Of a stretch of 32,000 nt of DNA, positions 10,208 to 18,879 are shown in pieces. The notes beneath the pieces are model-generated. The model made no database searches, was not told the origin of the DNA, and saw only the letters and a list, made by a program, of their open reading frames with translations. The stretch is from Cylindrospermopsis raciborskii Cr2010 (lineage in GTDB: Bacteria > Cyanobacteriota > Cyanobacteriia > Cyanobacteriales > Nostocaceae). Positions within the stretch are counted from its first letter, which is position 1; the number at the start of each line of letters is the position of its first letter. The stretch is from positions 960,001 to 992,000 of the forward strand of contig NZ_CP065936.1 in NCBI RefSeq assembly GCF_003367075.2, written 5' to 3'. Both the position numbers and the translations under genes were made by a program.

Positions 10208-10807
10208 CTATTCGACTGTATCAAACAGATATTCTTCTAAAAGGGGCTGAACCTGATTGAACTCCTCTGGGGAAAGCAGCTGGGGTTTACCACTCTGAGT
10301 TTTTCTAGCAAAAAATAGGAGTGGATCAATAGGTGTATAGATTTCGTACTCTTGGTCTTCGTAATAAAAATTGGTCAGCAGTTGTAATTGCTCTGGTTCC
10401 GTCTCTTGTTCTTCCTCACCCTCAACTTCTAGGGTCAAGATCTCAGATTCTTCCACTGGTGGTAGCTCACCAGTTACAGTCAAAGCGTAAGCAGTGTTTT
10501 TTAAAGTTAAATTCTGCTCAGATAAGACAGCCTGAGCAGTGCTGAAAATCCGATCAATTGTTTGATCATCGTCTACTAAAGTTGCTTCTTCTTCGTCTCC
10601 ATAACCCTCCCAGGCAAAAATTTGTATAGGAGAGTCCACAGGTAAAAGCAAAATATACTCTTGACCTTCTATCTCAAAGGAATTCTCTATATAACATTCG
10701 AGCGATCGCCCTTTTTCATCTGTTAAAGTAATCAAATCAGCATCAGTACGGTCATTTTCTTCGGAAAAGTCAGAGGAATACATAGTTACACAATCTAAAT
10801 TTATCAA
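10208..10807 (-). CDS. Acidic DUF3727/DUF1292-like protein
   Basis: 199 aa and very acidic. It has the repeated module GQEYILLLPVDSPIQIF / DQEYEIYTPIDPLLFFAR seen in DUF1292-type proteins, which commonly neighbour ruvX (yqgF). Confidence 0.7.
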   Translation of the reverse strand: MINLDCVTMYSSDFSEENDRTDADLITLTDEKGRSLECYIENSFEIEGQEYILLLPVDSPIQIFAWEGYGDEEEATLVDDDQTIDRIFSTAQAVLSEQNLTLKNTAYALTVTGELPPVEESEILTLEVEGEEEQETEPEQLQLLTNFYYEDQEYEIYTPIDPLLFFARKTQSGKPQLLSPEEFNQVQPLLEEYLFDTVE

Positions 10808-10929
10808 TACTCAAATGCACCAGAATCATTCAACTATATGACAAGCCAAAAAGCCGAATACAGTATTGAGTAATAGTCTTGAGGATATCACCTTTAAAGG
10901 TACTAGAACAAGAAAAAATCACCCAGAGG

Positions 10930-11445
10930 TTATAGTTCACTTTGGTTTGGTAGATTTTGCGGAGTTCTTAACCTTCTATCGTCTAACCACTGCTGTAAAA
11001 TTATGGATGCTGCTTTGCGGTCCACTAAACCTTTATTATAGGATGGTGAGCGATTTTCCGCTAGGAGCATTTGCTCAGCTTGAAAAGAGGTTAATCGCTC
11101 ATCCACATGCTCCAGGGGTAACCCTAGAGCTTTAGCTAGTCTATTAGCAAACTTCTGTATTCGACGGGCTTGCTCTCCCATAGAACCATCCCCGGAGTAG
11201 GGTATACCAACAACTAAAATTTGCACTCGTCGCTTTTCTACCAGTCCCCGTATTTCCTGTAGATCTTCTACAAAGGACTTGCGTTGGATTGTAGTTATAC
11301 CTGTGGCAATTAGTCCGGTACCATCGCAACCAGCAACGCCCACACGTTTACTACCCACATCCAACCCCAGAGCGGATATGAAAGATTTTGACTGGAATTC
11401 AACCACTACTCTAATTATTCTCCTGTGGTGATTCTGATGGCTCAA
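10930..11445 (-). CDS. ruvX: Putative pre-16S rRNA nuclease / Holliday junction resolvase-like protein RuvX (YqgF)
   Basis: ISALGLDVGSKRVGVAGCD...VVGIPY...DERLTS motifs. The ATG at 11445 overlaps the upstream GNAT gene by 35 nt. A GTG at 11406 would give a non-overlapping, more typical N-terminus. Confidence 0.88.
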   Translation of the reverse strand: MSHQNHHRRIIRVVVEFQSKSFISALGLDVGSKRVGVAGCDGTGLIATGITTIQRKSFVEDLQEIRGLVEKRRVQILVVGIPYSGDGSMGEQARRIQKFANRLAKALGLPLEHVDERLTSFQAEQMLLAENRSPSYNKGLVDRKAASIILQQWLDDRRLRTPQNLPNQSEL

Positions 11446-12598
11446 TTGTAAGAGCGACCATTTCTGACTTACCCATGGTTACTTCAGGAACAGGTGGGGA
11501 TTTAGGAATCCAGGACATACCACCGGGAATAGGTTTACGTGCAGGTTGTAGTCCCTGAAGCACCTCCGTCCACTGAATACCTTCCAAGGAGACAAATTTA
11601 GACTCCCGGATTTTATGCCACACGGAGCGAGACATAATTAGGGTGTGTTCAATCCGCTGGGCACCAATATTCTCCAGGTATTGTTCCCTTTCGGGTTGAT
11701 AATCGGATGACGCTAATTTTAGATTCTGTTGGGGAAAATCTTGAGTAATACGAGCCAATTGAGATAACAATTCTGGATATAACCAGGTGTAAGCTGGATG
11801 AACTGTTAAGGTAGCTACATGAGGACTAGTTCCTTGTCTGTCTAATTGCAATTCAAAGTAACCAATTGCCGCCTTACGCTGAGGTTCAAATACATAGGCA
11901 CTCACTACCTCTGTCTCCTCTACCCATTGTTTAATAGCATTACCAATTATATCGAATAAACTAGTTTTAAAATCATGCGTGTGGCGATCAAATACCTGTC
12001 TTACCAAAGGCGGCATGGATGCCGTATCTAACTGGTACAATAGGGGCGCATCCGCATTACTAACCGGTAGGAGATTAGGTAAATCCGGCTCAGCCTGTGC
12101 TAATTCTTGTAATAGATCTGGTTTAATTTCCCAATAGGTGGTTTCCGCTAAACGCTGAAATCCATTTTGACGATAAAGTGCCAAAGCACTGACATCATTA
12201 ATGTTTACTTCTAATATCCACGTACGAGCTTCTAAAATTGATTCAAAGCAGTGGCGTAGTAGTTGGGAGCCTATGCCCAATTTATCAGCGCAGGTATCTA
12301 ACATGACTTGGTCAACACGCCAAGTGCTGCGGGTGCGATTGAAAGGGGAAACTTGAATTGCGCCTAGCAACTTACGACCGCGCTCCGCTACAAATTGACG
12401 GAAACGATGTTGCCATGGGTTGGGGAAGCAGTTTAAAAATTTCAGCACTCCAAACCAGTGACCTAGCCACTGCATGCCAAAAATACCATACTTGGTAGGG
12501 ACTTCTCTAGGACGTCTCAACTGTTCAAGAGCGTCTAGATCCCTATATTGTACGGGACGAATTATCAGTTCCAGATTTGGAGGAAGTAGTGAGTTCAT
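11411..12598 (-). CDS. GNAT family N-acetyltransferase (long, cyanobacterial type)
   Basis: 395 aa. GNAT motif-A-like DKLGIGSQLLRHCF...ALALYRQNGFQ in the N-terminal half, followed by a second GNAT-like half. Confidence 0.75.
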   Translation of the reverse strand: MNSLLPPNLELIIRPVQYRDLDALEQLRRPREVPTKYGIFGMQWLGHWFGVLKFLNCFPNPWQHRFRQFVAERGRKLLGAIQVSPFNRTRSTWRVDQVMLDTCADKLGIGSQLLRHCFESILEARTWILEVNINDVSALALYRQNGFQRLAETTYWEIKPDLLQELAQAEPDLPNLLPVSNADAPLLYQLDTASMPPLVRQVFDRHTHDFKTSLFDIIGNAIKQWVEETEVVSAYVFEPQRKAAIGYFELQLDRQGTSPHVATLTVHPAYTWLYPELLSQLARITQDFPQQNLKLASSDYQPEREQYLENIGAQRIEHTLIMSRSVWHKIRESKFVSLEGIQWTEVLQGLQPARKPIPGGMSWIPKSPPVPEVTMGKSEMVALTIEPSESPQENN

Positions 12599-12762
12599 TT
12601 CGATTTAAAAGGATTATATCCAGATCTAAGAAGCTGGTTTCACGCTACCAATATGAAAAACATTGCCGAACGCTCACCAACTATAGCACTTTTTTGTGGA
12701 ATTTTTGTTCGTTTTTTATGCCAAACCAGAGATTTGGGCAACTTTCTCCTAAAAATGGTTGG

Positions 12763-12975
12763 CTAAAATGCTTGACGAGAGGCCATTTTTTCAAAGCAGG
12801 CTTGGGTTTGATGAAGTAATTGCTGGCGGCTATCTTGCTGAATTTGTTTTAGAGTAGGAACCAAATTGCGAGCTTGTAGGGTCATGTGTAGCTGTAAATG
12901 GGCTACGTATTCACTAATGTCCTGGCTTTCATTTTCCACAGCAGTTCTTGTTAATACTTTTGATTCCATGACCAC
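12763..12975 (-). CDS. Small hypothetical protein (about 68-70 aa)
   Basis: ORF preceded by a strong AAGGAG (complement of 12982-12987), 6 nt before a GTG at 12975 and 12 nt before an ATG at 12969. It lies in an otherwise empty intergenic gap. I recognise no motif. Confidence 0.45.
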   Translation of the reverse strand: MVMESKVLTRTAVENESQDISEYVAHLQLHMTLQARNLVPTLKQIQQDSRQQLLHQTQACFEKMASRQAF

Positions 12976-13076
12976 TTTTTTCTCCTTGGGCGCTAAATTT
13001 TAATACATAATCAAAACCTATCACATTGTTTTACTTAGCTTATTGATTTGCAATCAACCTTAACATTTGAGGTTAT

Positions 13077-13958
13077 CTAGGTAGATCCCAGAATCATCCC
13101 TAAGAGGATCAAGAAACCTATGCCCACATTTTGACTGAACATTTTTCCATATTCCCGGTTAGGTAGCTTAGGATCCCTTAATCGTAGCACTTGCCAAAAC
13201 CAACCAAGACTAGCAATCAATAAGCTGATCCAAAAAAATATATTTAATTTTAAAGAAATAGCCTCCGCCATTAACAGTATAATAGTACCGAGGAAAAAAA
13301 TACCCACAGCGTTAGGAGTCTGATCACCAAAAAATAGGGCGCTAGATTTAACGCCAATGCGCTCATCGTCCAGGCGATCGCTCATGGCATAGATGGTATC
13401 AAATCCCAAAGTCCAAAGGACTGTGGCCCCCCACAAAAACCAGGTGGGTAGAGAAATATTGCCTGTGACTGCACTCCAACTAATCAAAACGGCAAAACCC
13501 CAGGCCAAAGAAAGAATTAGTTGGGGTATGGGAAATACTCGTTTAGCGCCGGGATATAGTAATATTACTGGTAAAGCGCTCACGGATAACCAAAAGCTCA
13601 AGGGATTAAGATAGAAGGCGAGAATAGCTGCACAAACCAGGGCAACAATTCCCACCACTACACCAACTTTCACCGAAAGAGCTCGGGAAGCTAAAGGGCG
13701 ATCGCGCGTTCTGTTAACCTGGGTATCAATGTCCCTATCCCATAAATCATTGACCACACAACCAGCAGCACTGGTAGCTAAACTACCTAATATAATTACT
13801 ATTACTAGGATTGTGGGTGGTTTGCCATCAGCTGCCAAAAACAGGGCCCATAAAGCGGGAATCATCAAAATTAGCCTACCCCCTGGTTTATGCCACCGTA
13901 AGAGGCGCATAATGATAAACCATAATGGTTTTTGATTGCCTTCTGGTGTGGTTTGCAT
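13077..13958 (-). CDS. UbiA-family prenyltransferase, 4-hydroxybenzoate solanesyltransferase type (plastoquinone pathway)
   Basis: 293 aa and polytopic. It has the UbiA aspartate-rich motifs NDLWDRDID and YAMSDRLDDERIG. Confidence 0.88.
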   Translation of the reverse strand: MQTTPEGNQKPLWFIIMRLLRWHKPGGRLILMIPALWALFLAADGKPPTILVIVIILGSLATSAAGCVVNDLWDRDIDTQVNRTRDRPLASRALSVKVGVVVGIVALVCAAILAFYLNPLSFWLSVSALPVILLYPGAKRVFPIPQLILSLAWGFAVLISWSAVTGNISLPTWFLWGATVLWTLGFDTIYAMSDRLDDERIGVKSSALFFGDQTPNAVGIFFLGTIILLMAEAISLKLNIFFWISLLIASLGWFWQVLRLRDPKLPNREYGKMFSQNVGIGFLILLGMILGST

Positions 13959-14073
13959 GTTTACTAGATTTGCACTTTGAGTCTACATCTATAGAATATC
14001 CTTTTTGGAAGACTTGGCGGATCCGGAAACCTAGCTTTTTTGTCCATCTAAATTAAGAGAGAACACACTCATA

Positions 14074-15714
14074 ATGGTGAATATAGTTCCTGCTAACTGG
14101 AATGTTGTACCAGTTCCATCGGTGAAGCCAAATCCAATTATTGCCTCTATTGATATTGGCACTAATTCTTTGCATATAGTCGTAGTACGTATTGAACCAA
14201 CCTTACCAACTTTTACAGTAATTGCTAAGGAAAAGGAAACTGTCAGACTGGGCGATCGCAATTTAGAAACTGGGGATTTAAAACCGGAAGTTATGAAAAA
14301 GGCGATCGCCTGTTTAGGTCGTTTTCAAGAACTGGCGAAGAGTTTTGAAACTGATAGTATTATTGCTGTAGCTACCAGTGCAGTTAGAGAAGCACCCAAC
14401 GGTAGAATTTTTTTACATCAAATAGAGACTGAGTTAGGTTTAGATGTAGACTTAATTTCTGGACAGGAGGAAGCGCGACGGATTTACTTAGGTGTGTTGT
14501 CGGGGATGGAGTTTAATCAACAACCACATATTATCATTGATATTGGAGGAGGTTCTACGGAATTAATTTTAGGTGATTCTCAAGAACCTCGCAGTTTAAC
14601 CAGTACCAAAATCGGCGCAGTGCGACTAACTGGGGAATTAATTACAACCGATCCTATTGTTAATACAGAATTTCAATACTTACAGGCTTATGCTAAAGGA
14701 ATGTTAGAGCGTTCTGTAGAAGATATACTTTCTAAACTGCAACCAGGTGAGATTCCTAAGCTGGTGGGAACTTCCGGGACGATTGAAACCATAGCCACCA
14801 TTCATGCTAAGGAGAAAATGGGAATTGTACCTTCTACTCTTAACGGTTATTGTTTTAGTCTCCACGATTTACAAACCTGGGTAACCCGTTTAAAAAGAAT
14901 GAGCAATGTAGAGCGATCGGCAATTTCGGGAATGCCCGATAGAAGGTCAGAAGTAATACTGGCTGGAGCAGTAATATTACAGGAAGCAATGACATTGTTG
15001 GGATTAGAAACCATCACAGTTTGTGAACGTTCCTTGAGAGAAGGTGTAATAGTTGACTGGATGCTCACCCATGGATTTATTGCGGATCGACTACAATATC
15101 AAAGTTCTATTCGGGAGAGAAATGTTTTAAAGCTGGCTCAAAAGTACCATATTAACTTAGAGTGTAGTCAACGGGTAGCGGAATTCGCTTTGACTTTATT
15201 TAGTCAAACTCAAGGCAAATTACACAATTGGGGTGAAGATACCAGAGAATTATTATGGGCTGGGGCGGTTTTACATAATTGTGGTCACCATATTAGCCAT
15301 TCAGCACATCATAAACATTCCTATTATTTAATTAGGAATGGGGAGTTATTAGGTTACAATGAGACAGAAATAGAAATTATTGCCAACTTGGCCCGTTATC
15401 ATCGCAAATCACCACCCAAGAAAAAGCATGAAAACTTCCAAAATCTAACCCATAAAGGACATCGACAAATGGTATCCCAACTGAGTGCCATTTTGCGGGT
15501 AGCTGTGGCTTTAGACAGGAGACAAATTGGAGCAGTTCGTGGGATTAAGTGTGAATATTTGCCTACCATTAGGCAATTAGAGATGGTTGTTTCTCCCAGT
15601 AGGTATGATGATGATTGTGATCTAGAAATGTGGAGTTTAGACTTGAAAAAGCAAGTGTTTGAGCAAGAATTTGGGGTTAAGCTAGTGGCCCATTTAGCTC
15701 GATTTAATAGGTAG
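14074..15714 (+). CDS. ppx: Ppx/GppA family exopolyphosphatase with C-terminal HD domain
   Basis: 546 aa. ASKHA-fold motifs IDIGTNS, DIGGGSTE and GTSGT, then an HD-like region (LHNCGHHISHSAHHKHSYYLI). Confidence 0.9.
   Translation: MVNIVPANWNVVPVPSVKPNPIIASIDIGTNSLHIVVVRIEPTLPTFTVIAKEKETVRLGDRNLETGDLKPEVMKKAIACLGRFQELAKSFETDSIIAVATSAVREAPNGRIFLHQIETELGLDVDLISGQEEARRIYLGVLSGMEFNQQPHIIIDIGGGSTELILGDSQEPRSLTSTKIGAVRLTGELITTDPIVNTEFQYLQAYAKGMLERSVEDILSKLQPGEIPKLVGTSGTIETIATIHAKEKMGIVPSTLNGYCFSLHDLQTWVTRLKRMSNVERSAISGMPDRRSEVILAGAVILQEAMTLLGLETITVCERSLREGVIVDWMLTHGFIADRLQYQSSIRERNVLKLAQKYHINLECSQRVAEFALTLFSQTQGKLHNWGEDTRELLWAGAVLHNCGHHISHSAHHKHSYYLIRNGELLGYNETEIEIIANLARYHRKSPPKKKHENFQNLTHKGHRQMVSQLSAILRVAVALDRRQIGAVRGIKCEYLPTIRQLEMVVSPSRYDDDCDLEMWSLDLKKQVFEQEFGVKLVAHLARFNR
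14252..14309. repeat. HIP1 (GCGATCGC) copies; two examples shown, about 18 are scattered through the window
   Basis: GCGATCGC at 14252-14259 and 14302-14309. Other copies seen by eye are near 706, 806, 3057, 5024, 7221, 9741, 10702, 13375, 13700, 19141, 21422, 27573, 27997, 28072, 28827 and 30793. HIP1 abundance is a cyanobacterial hallmark. Confidence 0.9.
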
Positions 15715-16537
15715 GCAAGCATCCGGTGATATAGAATGCCAGACAATTGTACAATTAACGGATTATCAAAGTCCTTATAAAGAAAAATGTCCCCAGGAAG
15801 CTGATGCTATTGCTAAAAAAATTCTTGAACGATATAATGATATCGGTAAGTCTAAACTAGCAGAGTATGTGATTCACAAAAAAGTTATATTGGATATTTT
15901 TGAAAAGAATTTAAAAAAAGACGATGATGGCAAATATAAATTAGAAAAAGACATCCACGAAATTGTTTTTCCCCTCAGAAGTACATCCGAAGATGTCGCA
16001 TTTGAAAGACAAAACCTATGGATTATTGACGAAAAATTAACCTATCATCAATACCTGGCTTCTGATCAACCTCTGGATACCCTTGAGGATTTAGAAATTG
16101 ATAGCACCGAAAGACCTGATTTGCTAATTTTTAATAACCCAATAGCTTTTGTTGAAGGAGAAGAACAACCTTATTCATCAGTTGTCATAGTTGAATTTAA
16201 ACGCCCTATGCGCGGGAGGTATAAAGATAATGAAAACCCAATTACTCAAGTCTACGACTATATTAGAAAAATTAAGTCGGGTAGTTTTGTTGACAGAGAA
16301 GGTAGATTGGTTAATTTACCTGAGCACATTCCTTTTTATGCCTATATTATTTGTGATTTAACTCCAAAAATTAAAGGCTTTGCAGAAGATGCTACCTATT
16401 ATCCAACACCAGATTTACAAGGTTACTTTGGTTATAATCCCAGGCTTAATACTTATGTCGAAATTCTGTCTTTTACTAAACTCATTAACGATGCCAAAAG
16501 GCGAAATAATGTCTTGTTTAAAAAACTGAATTTATGA
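15698..16537 (+). pseudogene. 5'-truncated gene encoding a PD-(D/E)xK nuclease-fold domain, probably the C-terminal fragment of a larger protein
   Basis: The frame is open from 15698, right after an in-frame TAG at 15695 inside the ppx 3' end. There is no ATG or TTG before a GTG at 15869, and that GTG has no obvious SD. The sequence upstream of the GTG still reads as protein (QEADAIAKKILERYNDIGKSKLAEY). Nuclease motifs are ERPDLLIF ... VVIVEFKRP ... ITQVYDYIRK (D...ExK...QxxxY). The region is noticeably more A+T-rich than its neighbours. Confidence 0.55.
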
Positions 16538-16571
16538 TTATTTAATGTTAAATATCTTTGGGAGTTGAAAG

Positions 16572-16589
16572 ATCGGAAGGTCGTCGGTT
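16572..16589 (+). repeat. Inverted partial copy of tRNA-Thr (anticodon-stem 3' half, variable loop and T-stem 5' half)
   Basis: ATCGGAAGGTCGTCGGTT is the reverse complement of 16746-16763 within the tRNA gene (AACTGACGACCTTCCGAT) at 17 of 18 positions. Similarity decays after that. Confidence 0.7.
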
Positions 16590-16617
16590 TAATTTGCGCG
16601 GAGGTTATAATGGTAAA

Positions 16618-16719
16618 CAAATTATTGACCGCGAAAAACAATAATTTGTCAACGGGGACAATAATTTGGCAATACGGACATTAATTTGTCAACGCGGTCA
16701 AATAATTTGGCAAGCGACA
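16618..16719. repeat. Array of about 20-bp iterons (4 direct copies plus 1 inverted partial copy), ending 8 nt from the tRNA-Thr 3' end
   Basis: Direct units are CAATAATTTGTCAACGGGGA (16639-16658), CAATAATTTGGCAATACGGA (16659-16678), CATTAATTTGTCAACGCGGT (16679-16698) and CAAATAATTTGGCAAGCGACA (16699-16719). CAAATTATTGACCGCG (16618-16633) is the reverse complement of the CGCGGTCAA(A)TAATTTG junction of units 3 and 4. Confidence 0.8.
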
Positions 16720-16727
16720 GCACAAAA

Positions 16728-16799
16728 AGCCAGCAGTCAGGATTGAACTGACGACCTTCCGATTACAAGTCGGATGCACTACCGCTGTGCTATGCTGGC
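16728..16799 (-). tRNA. tRNA-Thr (anticodon UGU)
   Basis: The minus-strand sequence GCCAGCATAGCACAGCGGTAGTGCATCCGACTTGTAATCGGAAGGTCGTCAGTTCAATCCTGACTGCTGGCT folds by hand into a perfect cloverleaf. It has a 7-bp acceptor stem, 4-bp D stem, 5-bp anticodon stem with loop CTTGTAA, a 5-nt variable loop and a 5-bp T stem with loop TTCAATC. CCA is not encoded. Confidence 0.92.
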
Positions 16800-17050
16800 A
16801 AAGGGCTAGGATGTAATTAATGCCCACTGATACCTAATCATAGCACAGAACCAAAATTTGTCCAGTGGTTTTTTCTAAAAATCTGGCAAAAAAGTCCCAA
16901 AAATTTTTCCCCCAGTGCTATAGTATAAATGTGGCATACAAAATCCTGTAATTTCAGGTAACAATAGTTAGTAGAGTTTCAACTTGAAAACCTAGTACTG
17001 TTGAAATATCTGAAAAACTTAAAAAACACTTAATAATACAAATCATCAGC

Positions 17051-17971
17051 ATGGTAGCATTGACTGGAAGAGACTTACTAGGTTTAGGAGACCTAAGTTC
17101 TACAGAACTACTAGAACTCCTTTCCATGGCAACATTACTCAAATCACAAAAACTAACACTACATTCCAACAAGGTTTTGGGTTTGTTATTCTCCAAGGCC
17201 TCCACTCGCACTAGAGTAAGTTTTACAGTGGCTATGTACCAATTAGGAGGTCAGGTAATTGACCTGCATCCAAATGTCACCCAGGTGAGTCGAGGTGAAC
17301 CTGTGCAAGATACCGCTAGGGTATTAGACCGTTATTTAGATGTCTTAGCAATTAGAACCTTTGCCCAACAAGAATTGGTCACCTTTGCTCACTACGCTAA
17401 AATACCAGTAATTAATGCTCTAACAGATCTAGAACACCCCTGTCAGATCTTAGCAGATTTATTGACTATTCGAGAAGTATTCAGTGATTTAATAGGATTA
17501 ACCCTTACCTATGTAGGGGATGGTAATAACGTAGCTAATTCCCTAATGTTGGGTTGTGCCTTAGCTGGCATGAATGTAAGGATAGCTTTCCCACAAGGAT
17601 ACGCCCCCAATCAAGATATTGTAGAAAAAGCCCGGGCTATTGCTGGTGATAAAACTGAAGTAATGCTTACCCATGATCCAGTCATAGGAGCTAAAAATGC
17701 CCACATCCTTTACACTGATGTTTGGGCAAGTATGGGTCAGGAATCAGAAGCTGATAATCGTCTACCAATCTTCCAACCCTATCAAATTTCCCAGGATTTA
17801 CTCAGTCTAGCAGATCCCCAAGCCATAGTTTTACACTGTCTACCCGCCCACCGTGGGGAAGAAATTACCGATGAGGTAATAGAGGGTTCCCAATCAAAAG
17901 TTTGGGATCAGGCTGAAAATAGATTGCATGCTCAAAAAGCTTTACTGGCTAGTATTTTGGGCGCTAACTGA
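17051..17971 (+). CDS. argF: Ornithine carbamoyltransferase
   Basis: 306 aa. It has the carbamoyl-phosphate motif STRTR, the HPCQ motif, the DVWASMG ornithine-binding motif and HCLP. Confidence 0.95.
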   Translation: MVALTGRDLLGLGDLSSTELLELLSMATLLKSQKLTLHSNKVLGLLFSKASTRTRVSFTVAMYQLGGQVIDLHPNVTQVSRGEPVQDTARVLDRYLDVLAIRTFAQQELVTFAHYAKIPVINALTDLEHPCQILADLLTIREVFSDLIGLTLTYVGDGNNVANSLMLGCALAGMNVRIAFPQGYAPNQDIVEKARAIAGDKTEVMLTHDPVIGAKNAHILYTDVWASMGQESEADNRLPIFQPYQISQDLLSLADPQAIVLHCLPAHRGEEITDEVIEGSQSKVWDQAENRLHAQKALLASILGAN

Positions 17972-18036
17972 ATTTTTTTCGCTCAACTTTCGGCTCTAAG
18001 AACCGTAAAATCCAAATTCTCATGGGCCCAAGTTGA

Positions 18037-18065
18037 TTGACAACAGAGTTTTTTTAAATTACAAT
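18037..18065 (+). promoter_or_regulatory. Candidate sigma70-type promoter upstream of lexA
   Basis: TTGACA (18037-18042), a 17-nt spacer, then TACAAT (18060-18065). It lies about 140 nt upstream of the lexA ATG. Confidence 0.4.
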
Positions 18066-18160
18066 GGATAAATGGGTTTCCCTGTATCCAATCCTACCGC
18101 CAGAATATTAATTTATTGTTAAGAAATACCCAATAGAGTCTTGTTAAGGGAAACTTTTTG

Positions 18161-18176
18161 TAGTACAAATGTTCTA
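18161..18176 (+). promoter_or_regulatory. Cyanobacterial LexA box (autoregulatory operator)
   Basis: TAGTACAAATGTTCTA fits the Anabaena/Nostoc LexA-box consensus RGTACNNNDGTWCB (AGTAC-AAA-TGTTC-T). It sits 30 nt upstream of the lexA ATG at 18207. Confidence 0.7.
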
Positions 18177-18206
18177 AGGACATTTGTTGTTGCTTTCCCC
18201 AAAAAT

Positions 18207-18839
18207 ATGGAAAAACTGACGGAAGCCCAAAACGAACTATACGAATGGTTGGTAGAATATATTCGGGTTAATCAACATTCACCGTCTATTCGTCAAATGA
18301 TGCAGGGAGTAAATTTGAAGTCTCCTGCACCGGTTCAAAGCAGGTTGGAACACTTGCGGAACAAGGGATACATTGGCTGGGATGAGGGTAAGGCACGAAC
18401 CATTAGAATATTGCATTCTAGTAAGTACGGCGTGCCCATTTTAGGAACCATTGCAGCAGGGGGCTTGATTGAACCTTTTGCTGATGCGGTAGAGTGTGAG
18501 TACTTAGATTTAGCCAATCTGCCTATTCCTCCTCAAAGTTATGCTTTGCGGGTAGCTGGTGATAGTATGATTGAGGATTTAATTGCTGATGGTGATGTGG
18601 TATTCCTGCGTCCTGTGGCTGAACCCAATCTGATGAAAAATGGCACCATTGTTGCTGCTAGGGTGGAGGGATATGGTACAACCTTAAAACGGTTTTATCT
18701 TGAGGGAGATATGGTCACTCTTAAACCAGCTAATTCCAACTATCAACCTATTCAAGTCCCCGCTATTCATGTGGAAATACAAGGTTCTTTAGTCGGTGTC
18801 TGGCGAAACTACAATTATGGCTTTAGCCAAAATGCTTAG
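18207..18839 (+). CDS. lexA: LexA repressor (S24 self-cleaving transcriptional repressor)
   Basis: The start is taken at MEKLTEAQNELYEWLVEYIR; the ORF track begins at an upstream TTG at 18141. It has an N-terminal winged HTH (PSIRQMMQGV), an Ala-Gly-containing linker (IAAGGLIEP), catalytic Ser (GDSM) and Lys (TLKRF). Confidence 0.92.
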   Translation: MEKLTEAQNELYEWLVEYIRVNQHSPSIRQMMQGVNLKSPAPVQSRLEHLRNKGYIGWDEGKARTIRILHSSKYGVPILGTIAAGGLIEPFADAVECEYLDLANLPIPPQSYALRVAGDSMIEDLIADGDVVFLRPVAEPNLMKNGTIVAARVEGYGTTLKRFYLEGDMVTLKPANSNYQPIQVPAIHVEIQGSLVGVWRNYNYGFSQNA

Positions 18840-18879
18840 GAGCTGCTACGGGTCTAGTCCTAATTAGTTTGAATAAAAA

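Noticed and set aside
10866-11135. 89-aa plus-strand ORF overlapping ruvX
   Set aside because: It is antisense to ruvX, which has clear YqgF motifs, so it is a shadow ORF.
16639-16719. Considered whether the 20-bp tandem repeats form a CRISPR array
   Set aside because: The units are directly abutting with no spacers, are too short and degenerate, and no cas genes are nearby.
16824-16874. CCACTG...CAGTGG followed by TTTTTT as a terminator
   Set aside because: It has only a 6-bp stem with a 33-nt loop, which would be unstable. No plus-strand gene obviously needs it.
16993-17008. TAGTACTGTTGAAATA upstream of argF as a second LexA box
   Set aside because: Only the AGTAC half matches. The second half (TGAAA) fails the DGTWC requirement.
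16453-17211. ORFs 16453-16641 (minus strand) and 16954-17211 (minus strand)
   Set aside because: The first runs through the tRNA-fragment and iteron region, and the second overlaps the argF start in antisense. Both are low-complexity and lack a start context.
18085-18098. GTA-N8-TAC (TGTATCCAATCCTACC), a NtcA-type site upstream of lexA
   Set aside because: The core motif is short and palindromic, so several chance occurrences are expected in 32 kb. The spacing to any TAN3T -10 element is not the canonical ~22 nt.
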